Source of the DNA: a virus
Taxonomy: Duplodnaviria; Caudoviricetes
Reading direction: 5' to 3' (one strand)
Length of the DNA stretch: 24,406 nt
IMG/VR virus record: IMGVR_UViG_3300031759_000137
Coordinates: 1-24,406 of that record
Positions within the stretch are counted from its first letter, which is position 1, and every line of letters starts with the position of its first letter. Positions 1 to 6,723 of the stretch are shown piece after piece. The notes under the pieces are model-generated. The model searched no databases. It saw only the letters and a program-made list of their open reading frames with translations, and was not told the origin of the DNA. Position numbers and translations under genes: made by a program.

Positions 1-1
1 G

Positions 2-1468
2 CGTGGTCGTAAACCAAATGTCTTAAAGTTCTTTGTAAACGACGAAGAACAGTCTGCAGAGGACAATGCACAGGGTGACTCAAGAGAAACACAGGATGCT
101 ATTGAACGCACTTTGGGTTTATCGCATGATATGTTCAAACATATTCTAGCACTCAACACTTATACAGAACCATTTTTAAGTCTTAAAGCCAACGATCAAC
201 GCACTATCATTGAACAGCTACTGGGTATCACTATGCTGTCAGAACGAGCTGATCGTATCAAAGAAATTAACAAAGAAACCAAAGACGCTATTACACAAGA
301 AGAATTTCGTATTCGTGCTGTGCAGGAGGCCAATAAGCGCATTGAAGAGCAAATTGAGTCGCTAAAACGCAGACAAGGACTGTGGGTAACTAAACATGAA
401 GAAGAGACAACTAAAATTGAGGCCGCGCTTTCGAGCCTCAAGGAGATCGACATTGAAGCGGAGATTGATGCACACAGAGCGCATACTGCTTGGGATCAAA
501 AACGCAAAGATATCAATGAACTATCGGGCGCTATTAGCCGAGCTAAAATTGACGCCGACAGGGAAACTAAAGCCATTGTCAAACTGGAGAAAGAGATTGC
601 GTCGCTTGAGTCTCACACCTGTCACACATGCGGTCAAGCGTTCCACGACTCGAAGCACCAACAGGTCCTGGAAGGTAAGCAGAAAGATCTGGCAACATCG
701 AGAGCGGCAAGCCAAGAGCATACACAACTCTTATCAGACCTACAGACTGCCCTCGAAACCCTGGGCGTGTTAGGTAAACCGCCTCGAATGTTCTACGATA
801 AAGAAGAAGATGCTATTAAACATCAGGCTAACTTGGCAAACTTGCAAACACAATTATCTGCCAAAATAGCCGAAGTAGATCCTTATGTAGAACAAATTGA
901 GGACATGAAGAATCAAGCCTTGCAGGAAGTAAACTATGACACACTCAATGAACTTACTCGCTTGCAAGAACACCAAGATTTCTTGCTCAAATTGCTGACT
1001 AGCAAAGATTCGTTTATCCGTAAGAAGATTATTGAGCAAAATTTATCCTATCTTAATGCTAGACTAACACACTATTTAGATCGTGTAGGCTTGCCACATA
1101 CAGTGGTATTCCAAAACGACTTAACTGTCAGCATTGAAGAGCTGGGTCGTGAATTAGATTTTGATAACTTGAGTCGTGGTGAGCGTAATCGACTAATATT
1201 ATCAATGAGTTGGGCCTTTAGAGATGTATTCGAAAGTCTCTATCAGCCAATCAATCTGTTGTTTATAGACGAAATGATTGACAACGGGCTAGACACACAA
1301 GGTGTTGAATCTAGTTTGGCCTTGTTAAAACAAATGAGTAGAGAACGACACAAGAGTATTTGGTTAGTAAGTCATAGAGATGAACTAGCAGGCCGTGTCG
1401 AGAACATACTCAAGGTAGTCAAAGAAAACGGTTTTACCAGTTATAATACGGATGTAGAAATTGCGTAG
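2..1468 (+). CDS. gp46: Recombination endonuclease ATPase subunit (T4 gp46 / Rad50-SbcC-like), 5'-truncated by the window edge
   Basis: The frame is open from base 2 (RGRKPNVLKFF...), upstream of the ORF-track start at 113. It has a long coiled coil with zinc hook CHTCGQ, ABC signature LSRGE, Walker B LLFIDE, D-loop NGLD and H-loop VSHR. Walker A lies outside the window. Confidence 0.93.
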   Translation, partial: RGRKPNVLKFFVNDEEQSAEDNAQGDSRETQDAIERTLGLSHDMFKHILALNTYTEPFLSLKANDQRTIIEQLLGITMLSERADRIKEINKETKDAITQEEFRIRAVQEANKRIEEQIESLKRRQGLWVTKHEEETTKIEAALSSLKEIDIEAEIDAHRAHTAWDQKRKDINELSGAISRAKIDADRETKAIVKLEKEIASLESHTCHTCGQAFHDSKHQQVLEGKQKDLATSRAASQEHTQLLSDLQTALETLGVLGKPPRMFYDKEEDAIKHQANLANLQTQLSAKIAEVDPYVEQIEDMKNQALQEVNYDTLNELTRLQEHQDFLLKLLTSKDSFIRKKIIEQNLSYLNARLTHYLDRVGLPHTVVFQNDLTVSIEELGRELDFDNLSRGERNRLILSMSWAFRDVFESLYQPINLLFIDEMIDNGLDTQGVESSLALLKQMSRERHKSIWLVSHRDELAGRVENILKVVKENGFTSYNTDVEIA

Positions 1469-2330
1469 AGTTAAAGTACTTCACATAGAACCCACAGATG
1501 TTTGTCAGTTGGCCTGCCCGTTATGCGCTCGCGAAACTGATCCTAACTTCAATAAATCTAACAAGCATCAGCTTAAGATTGAACACATACAGAGAAAATT
1601 TTCAGATCGTGTGATCAAAGGGCTGGACAAAATGTTCATGTGCGGAGACTATGGAGATCCTGCCGCTGGCTACTATACTTTAGAGATTTATCGTTATTTT
1701 AGAACAGTAAATCCAGATATTGTGCTAGGCATGAATTCAAATGGTGCCTTACAAAGCACATTTTGGTGGTACGAGCTAGGCAAATTGTTTAACCAGCCCA
1801 AAGATTACTGTGTATTCAGCATAGACGGCCTAGAAGATACTAATGCAATATATCGTAAAAATAGTAATTGGGCCAAGCTGATGAGCAATGTAGAATCTTT
1901 TATTGCCGCTGGGGGTAAAGCACACTGGGACATGTTGGTATATCGTCACAACGAACATCAAGTAGATGCCTGCGAACAACTAGCTCGTGAAATGGGTTTC
2001 AAGTGGTTCCGTGCCAAAGTTAGTAAGCGTCCGTTGGTGGATCGTTTAGAAGCACCGGTACATTGGCAACTGCCTGTGGTTGAAACTACGGGTAAAATTG
2101 AATGTCACGCCCTGGCTGAAAAAAGTATGTACATGGATGCTCAGGGGCGTCTTAGTCCTTGCTGTTGGTTAGGCAGTAGGCAAACGGATTTTATCACAGA
2201 TGATTTGGCCACAGTAAAAGAAACTTGGCGTACAGATAATCCAAATCCAGTCTGTGCTAGAAATTGTAGCAAACAACTAAGTAAAACGGCATTTGAAACA
2301 CAGTGGCAACGAGAAATTCAACTCAGCTGA
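1461..2330 (+). CDS. Radical SAM protein with a C-terminal Cys cluster (twitch/SPASM-like)
   Basis: CxxxCxxC motif CQLACPLC near the N-terminus, CGDYGDP, SNG and FSIDG core motifs, and C-terminal C...PCC...C...C. TTG start overlaps the gp46 stop. Confidence 0.88.
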   Translation: MRRVKVLHIEPTDVCQLACPLCARETDPNFNKSNKHQLKIEHIQRKFSDRVIKGLDKMFMCGDYGDPAAGYYTLEIYRYFRTVNPDIVLGMNSNGALQSTFWWYELGKLFNQPKDYCVFSIDGLEDTNAIYRKNSNWAKLMSNVESFIAAGGKAHWDMLVYRHNEHQVDACEQLAREMGFKWFRAKVSKRPLVDRLEAPVHWQLPVVETTGKIECHALAEKSMYMDAQGRLSPCCWLGSRQTDFITDDLATVKETWRTDNPNPVCARNCSKQLSKTAFETQWQREIQLS

Positions 2331-2341
2331 TGGTAGTGTGA

Positions 2342-2347
2342 TAACTA
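2342..2347 (+). promoter_or_regulatory. Putative late promoter variant TAACTA
   Basis: Matches the TAnnTA motif seen before many genes in this window. It lies 7 nt upstream of ATG 2355, with no Shine-Dalgarno sequence. Confidence 0.45.
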
Positions 2348-2354
2348 ATAGTCC

Positions 2355-2789
2355 ATGACATGGCTATTCGAAAATCAAACTGTAGAAGCATTACCAGAAG
2401 ATTGCGTTGGGTTTGTTTATTTGATAACAAATAATCAAACCGGTAGAAAATACATTGGAAAAAAATTAGCAAAATTTAGTAAAACAACATACAAAACAGT
2501 AAAACTCAAGAACGGCAACAAAAAACGCAAAAAAATTCGTAGCAAAATAGACAGTGATTGGCAACTTTATTACGGCAGCAACATAGAACTTAATCAAGAC
2601 ATAGAACGCTTAGGCGCAGGCAACTTCACAAGAGAAATATTATTTTATTGCAAATCAAAGGCAGAATGCAGTTATATTGAAGCTAGAGAACAATTTAATC
2701 ATAGAGTACTAGAGTCAGACGACTACTACAATGGGCAGATAGTTTGCCGTATACATGGTAGTCACATAAAAAACAAAATACAAACTTAG
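2355..2789 (+). CDS. Small GIY-YIG-family nuclease (catalytic domain only, with a Lys/Arg-rich insert)
   Basis: GFVYLITN...KYIGKK, YYGSN, FTREIL, catalytic-type E in YIEAREQ and terminal YYN. Basic insert KTVKLKNGNKKRKKIRSK. No C-terminal DNA-binding modules. Confidence 0.8.
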   Translation: MTWLFENQTVEALPEDCVGFVYLITNNQTGRKYIGKKLAKFSKTTYKTVKLKNGNKKRKKIRSKIDSDWQLYYGSNIELNQDIERLGAGNFTREILFYCKSKAECSYIEAREQFNHRVLESDDYYNGQIVCRIHGSHIKNKIQT

Positions 2790-3192
2790 ACAGGCAACAA
2801 CACACTCTGTTTGGTCGAGGTAGCTCGACTCGCAAGGAGGAACGGTTAGATCCCCGGTCCGGAATAGCTTGCGTGTGAAAGGCAATTGCTAACTTAAGGC
2901 AACAAATGGTTCGGGCTCTGATGAAAAAGATACAACCCGTGCTTATAGGACTTGGATCGATTTCGGGTTACTAGGGTTCCGTTGATATGTGAAGCTTGAG
3001 TAGGGGGTACCGGTCAACCGCCTCCGTGTATGGTGTACATACAATCTCATTAGAATCGATGACAGCTACACTCGGATAATGTAGAGTCAGTTCACCGTTA
3101 TACGGTGAATTGTGACCGCGTAATCTGGATAATGCGTAAGAAAAACAATCATGTCTGAGCTTTAGCGAAAGACATAGATCTCAGTGAGATCT
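2790..3192 (+). ncRNA. Candidate large structured non-coding RNA (~400 nt), family not recognised
   Basis: ORF-free gap in an otherwise tightly packed genome with at least 10 helices. Examples: GTCGAG/CTCGAC 2814-2829; ATCGATTT 2956-2963 with GAATCGAT 3053-3060; TGTATG/CATACA 3027-3043; CAGTTCACCGT/ACGGTGAATTG 3088-3112; ATGTCT/AGACAT 3151-3175; AGATCTC/GAGATCT 3176-3192. Several G-U pairs form only on the + strand. Confidence 0.6.
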
Positions 3193-3199
3193 CGAACAG

Positions 3200-4102
3200 T
3201 TAGTTAAATCTAATACCCATTTTAGATAAATGTTTTAAAACATTTGATTCTATTGTTTGCCATTTAGTAAGATAGTCAGAAAGAAATAATTGCTTTGCTG
3301 ATTCATAGTTGATAATAAAATCTTCGTGTCTGTAAGGAATGGCTAGATGTGTTGCCTGTTGGTTACAAACACTAGTTTCAAAACGATACAGTTCAACTGT
3401 ATGATTAGGATAAATCATTCTGATATTGCACCAAAGATTAAATGTTCGTTTAAGAACAGACTCTAGCTGATCTAAATCGTTTTTGGTAATTTCTATTGGA
3501 GTCAGCTGATCAAAATTCACTGGAGAATCATAGTGCAGTGCGGTATGATCATCCAACATGTTTCTAGCTGTAATCAGCTTGCTACAGGCCCAACGCCACC
3601 AGTCTTGACGATACATAAAGCAAATCAAAGTGTTTGGATCACTGCACTGCTGTACTACATCAGTGTTGCTGGGTACAGCATGATGATCAGCAATAGCTGT
3701 ATAAGTTTTCTGTAGTATTTCTTCCTGTAGTACCGTGGCGCACCTAGTCATGGTAAACATCATATACTGTGATATGCCGCTAGTACTGGTGCTAAATCTT
3801 ATGCTAGGATGTATAATTAAATCTTCGGTTTCAGTCCATAGATTGTCGCCAATTAAAAAATCATAAGGCAAGTCTTGTGTAAAAACGGTTTTGATTGAGT
3901 AGGAATTGTCTAACAACCTGTGGAGATCTTGATAACTGTGATCGATATAAGGAGTTTCCCAAATGGTATTAGAGTCTGCAGGCAACTGCCATTGGCCGCT
4001 AGATTTAGTTTCCACATTTTTATAAGTTGGAAATAGCTGACTGATCCAATCTCGTTCGCCCGGTTGATCCTGGGTACAAAGAATAATATTCTTTGGATAC
4101 AT
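3200..4102 (-). CDS. Hypothetical protein; C-terminal part resembles a divergent Stf0/PAPS-dependent sulfotransferase fold
   Basis: 300-aa ORF coupled to the upstream gene by a TAATG overlap. MFTMTRCATVL resembles the 5'-PSB loop RSGT; ICFMYRQDWWRWACS resembles the 3'-PB R.D.....S motif; YRFE resembles the YE motif. Confidence 0.5.
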   Translation of the reverse strand: MYPKNIILCTQDQPGERDWISQLFPTYKNVETKSSGQWQLPADSNTIWETPYIDHSYQDLHRLLDNSYSIKTVFTQDLPYDFLIGDNLWTETEDLIIHPSIRFSTSTSGISQYMMFTMTRCATVLQEEILQKTYTAIADHHAVPSNTDVVQQCSDPNTLICFMYRQDWWRWACSKLITARNMLDDHTALHYDSPVNFDQLTPIEITKNDLDQLESVLKRTFNLWCNIRMIYPNHTVELYRFETSVCNQQATHLAIPYRHEDFIINYESAKQLFLSDYLTKWQTIESNVLKHLSKMGIRFN

Positions 4103-4437
4103 TAGAACTGATCAGGCCAATCACGGAACAGTGCGTGTTGTATGTCACCGGCAACAAATTGATTGAAGCTTTTGTGTTTGACTTCTAGTTCGCCTTCTAA
4201 AGGAGCCACGCGGCGAAACGCCGAATCCATCTGTGCCATGTCTTGGAACTCCATCAAGATCATCCACTCGGGCATGTCAGTAATACTACGGAAGCCCATT
4301 TTGCAACGAGTGATGCGATAGCTTTCCATCTTGCCTTCGGCGATCAAATGATCAAAGAAACTTTTCATTCCGTTGACCCAGTCCAAGTCCGAGATGTCGC
4401 CTTCTTTGTTTGCCCAAATTGTGTACAAGTCTGCCAT
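4102..4437 (-). CDS. DUF6614-like protein (dimeric alpha-beta barrel type)
   Basis: Pattern YTIW...HL...G...YRITRCKMGF....PEWMILMEF..MAQMDSAF..VA......H...N..V......LFRDWPD recalled as DUF6614-like. AAGGA SD upstream on the minus strand. Confidence 0.55.
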   Translation of the reverse strand: MADLYTIWANKEGDISDLDWVNGMKSFFDHLIAEGKMESYRITRCKMGFRSITDMPEWMILMEFQDMAQMDSAFRRVAPLEGELEVKHKSFNQFVAGDIQHALFRDWPDQF

Positions 4438-4474
4438 TATTTTTCCTTAACTTTTAATATACATATATAATTAT

Positions 4475-5155
4475 ATGAAAATACAGTTCGCACATAATTT
4501 TGGCCACCAAGAACAGGGTGAGTTTTTTCACTTTGGTTGTGAGTTAGTTGATGTAGCTCCAGAAGAATACAATGCCGCGTTAGACTTTGGATTTTTACAA
4601 TCGATACGCAACAACAAAGTAGTATGGTATCAAAGTCGCAGTACTCGTGTTGCTGTGGCCAACACCGATTATGAGTTATTGCCAGATGCCTGTATTATTG
4701 AAAATCCTACGCCGGCTCAGTTTACAGAAATGGATCATATCTATACTGCCTACTGCTACTATAAAAAGTTCAAAAAGTATTTTGAAATTGGACAACACTT
4801 GCCGTCGGATCGCTTTATGGCCTATTACCAGAGTGATGTATTTGTGGCCTGGGCCAAACTAAGACACTATTCTGATCAGGCCATAGAAACCAGTTTGTTT
4901 GCCTGGGATTATAGTCAGCCACACACCAGATTAGGCAGTCGTAGTCTAGAGCACGAAATAGCCTGGGCCAAACGCGAAGGCTATGAATATGTTTATCTAG
5001 GACCCGGCTACGAGCGATCCAGTCTGTACAAGGCTGATATACAAGGATTTGAGTGGTGGACTGGGCAAGAGTGGAGTCAGGACACTGATCAATATCGTCA
5101 GCTGTGCAAGCGTGACAGTAAGATCAAGTTGCCCGTGGATCTTTACGGTGTTTGA
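4475..5155 (+). CDS. Aminoacyl-tRNA-protein transferase-like protein (Bpt/ATE1 family, GNAT fold)
   Basis: C-terminal LGSRSLEHEIAWAKREGYEYVYLGPGY....LYK matches the ATE_C signature (LG..S.L.EI..A...G..Y.YLG......YK). N-terminal Y..ALDFGF...RSTRV resembles ATE_N. Confidence 0.7.
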   Translation: MKIQFAHNFGHQEQGEFFHFGCELVDVAPEEYNAALDFGFLQSIRNNKVVWYQSRSTRVAVANTDYELLPDACIIENPTPAQFTEMDHIYTAYCYYKKFKKYFEIGQHLPSDRFMAYYQSDVFVAWAKLRHYSDQAIETSLFAWDYSQPHTRLGSRSLEHEIAWAKREGYEYVYLGPGYERSSLYKADIQGFEWWTGQEWSQDTDQYRQLCKRDSKIKLPVDLYGV

Positions 5156-5633
5156 ACAAGACTTCTAAATAGTCCGCAGGCCAAGTGTCATAAAAGCCCT
5201 TCTTGGCAACAAGCTGGGCTTTTTCATTTAGATCGCTGAGATCTTGAACCAGTGCCAGTGCATAGGTACCTTGATTCATTGAAACACCGTTGACAATTTC
5301 AGGATCGCCAGGATGATCTTCCAACGCTATGAAACCTTTGGGCAGTAAAGCTTCTTCGTTGGCAGCCGTAACATCACTTGCAAATTGTTCATAAGAAAAC
5401 TCATCAGGATTGTAGGCAAGAATTAACACACTCTTGCCACCTATACCATCACGGGCAACATTGACCAGATCAAAATAAGGATTGACACCTACTCTAACGG
5501 TAAAGTCACGATCCAGTCTGGCCTTGCGAGCATATGGACAAGGAGCCCAGCCGCCTAGTGCTGGGTGCGGAACTTCTACAAAAGTTTCTATCCAGTGCTC
5601 TATATCTGATTGTACAGTGGCTAAGTCTAACAT
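5124..5633 (-). CDS. DUF1415-like protein
   Basis: W...FV......CPYA motif, then DHP and N...Y.L. TAATG coupling to the upstream gp51-like ORF. Its 3' end overlaps the convergent transferase gene by 32 nt. Confidence 0.55.
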   Translation of the reverse strand: MLDLATVQSDIEHWIETFVEVPHPALGGWAPCPYARKARLDRDFTVRVGVNPYFDLVNVARDGIGGKSVLILAYNPDEFSYEQFASDVTAANEEALLPKGFIALEDHPGDPEIVNGVSMNQGTYALALVQDLSDLNEKAQLVAKKGFYDTWPADYLEVLFKHRKDPRAT

Positions 5634-5809
5634 TAGAAAAATGGCAATCCAGATTTTTTAGTAGTATCCAAGTTTTCTTTGATGAGATCACTGATTAAAG
5701 TACGCTCGTCTGAACTTAGATGTAAAGCCTGATCGTATGATATTCCACCACGCATGTACCAGGCCATTTTTAACGCCTCCTCCTTGATTGTAGCAGACTC
5801 TTTTTTCAT
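5633..5809 (-). CDS. gp51: gp51-like baseplate hub assembly / tail chaperone C-terminal ORF (probably also reached by -1 frameshift from gp26; frame open to beyond 5869)
   Basis: WYMRGGISYDQALHLSSDER..I..LIKEN resembles gp51 and 'T'-type chaperone segments. It lies directly behind gp26 in the -1 frame. Independent ATG at 5809. Confidence 0.6.
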   Translation of the reverse strand: MKKESATIKEEALKMAWYMRGGISYDQALHLSSDERTLISDLIKENLDTTKKSGLPFF

Positions 5810-5847
5810 TTCCTCAATCAGCTCGGAAATTTTTTCAGGAGGTAAGG

Positions 5848-6696
5848 TCAGGAGGCGCGATCGAAAAAACTTGTCATATCCAAGGTAAGCTGTTGCTCGT
5901 ATTTGAATTGGCACTCTGGACAGGTTAAATCAACTGGTTGTAGTTCTGAATCAGATTTAATTTTTACCAAGTGATCTCGGATATCGTTAAACAGCGAACG
6001 ATCGCAGTTCTTAAAAAATTCTTGTATAAATTCGGGCTGGTTGACCATGGCATTGGGAGTTCTAATCAATGACACACTCTGGGCGATTGTGCGTACAGTA
6101 ATTTCAGTTAATTTTTTGAGTGCATGACTCAATGCCATAACTTTTTCTTGGTTAGCTTCGCCGTTGTCATTGAGATCTGGCAACATCTGTAGTGCTCGCT
6201 GTTCTTCAAACTGTACTTGATTGTTGCTGTTAACTTCTTTGTAGCTGAGTGGTTTAAAGAAAATTTCAATATCGCCATGCTTGATGCTGTGTTCAAAATC
6301 TGGAGTTTTCATCTTAGCCAATACAGTACGCAGATCCAAAGCCAGTTCAGTAATGGTCTGACACTGTGGACATTCGGTAGAAAAATCCATATTTTGCCCG
6401 TAACTGGCAATTCTAATACCAACAAGAATAGCATCAATGTCAATACTAGGCACTGACCAGCCGTCTTTGATATTAGGAACACAACTTTCAATAACACTGA
6501 CCACTGCCTGACCGTTGAACAATGCATCTGGAGTACGATAGGTAATTTCATCAATGGCCGTCATGGGCAACACCGGCAATTCACCGTTCTGCGGCATCGC
6601 TAGTGTGCCTTCTGGATAAAAATTACCCTGACTAGGTAGTCGAATGTACAGCGCAGGCTGTCTAAAATACTGTGATAAAGGGTTGTTTGGATTCAT
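5848..6696 (-). CDS. gp26: gp26-like baseplate hub subunit / tail assembly chaperone
   Basis: LPSQG.FY...V.PMTA.DE..., D.DAIL..IRIASYG, two CxxC motifs (CPQC, CPEC) and terminal SFF. AAGGA SD upstream. Confidence 0.8.
   Translation of the reverse strand: MNPNNPLSQYFRQPALYIRLPSQGNFYPEGTLAMPQNGELPVLPMTAIDEITYRTPDALFNGQAVVSVIESCVPNIKDGWSVPSIDIDAILVGIRIASYGQNMDFSTECPQCQTITELALDLRTVLAKMKTPDFEHSIKHGDIEIFFKPLSYKEVNSNNQVQFEEQRALQMLPDLNDNGEANQEKVMALSHALKKLTEITVRTIAQSVSLIRTPNAMVNQPEFIQEFFKNCDRSLFNDIRDHLVKIKSDSELQPVDLTCPECQFKYEQQLTLDMTSFFDRAS
5863..5869 (-). other. Putative -1 programmed ribosomal frameshift heptamer T TTT TTC
   Basis: In-frame X XXY YYZ heptamer four codons before the gp26 stop. The -1 frame is open into the gp51-like ORF. 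An 8-bp GC-rich stem can start 5 nt downstream. Confidence 0.6.
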
Positions 6697-6723
6697 GGGT
6701 TTTTCCTTGGATAAGTATAATTA
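6697..6723. promoter_or_regulatory. Overlapping divergent late promoters (TAAGTA on + at 6712-6717; palindromic TAATTA at 6718-6723 usable on -)
   Basis: The 26-bp divergent gap holds TAnnTA motifs on both strands plus the gp26 SD. Confidence 0.45.

Noticed and set aside
2877-2930. Hammerhead ribozyme (GAAA at 2877-2880, CTGATGA at 2918-2924)
   Set aside because: Stems II and III and the UH cleavage site cannot be formed in the required register in any permutation I tried.
2790-3199. Group I/II intron, RNase P RNA, tmRNA, tRNA or CRISPR array
   Set aside because: It interrupts no gene. I saw no group II domain V, no RNase P P4 consensus, no tRNA-like ends or cloverleaf, and no regularly spaced direct repeats.
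5870-5914. ORF-track start at 5914 for the gp51-like gene
   Set aside because: It lies inside gp26 with no SD; frameshift entry at 5869-5863 or ATG 5809 explains the ORF better.
6672-6722. ORF-track start of the tape-measure-like gene at 6672
   Set aside because: It overlaps the divergent gp26 start; ATG 6723 follows the promoter motif.
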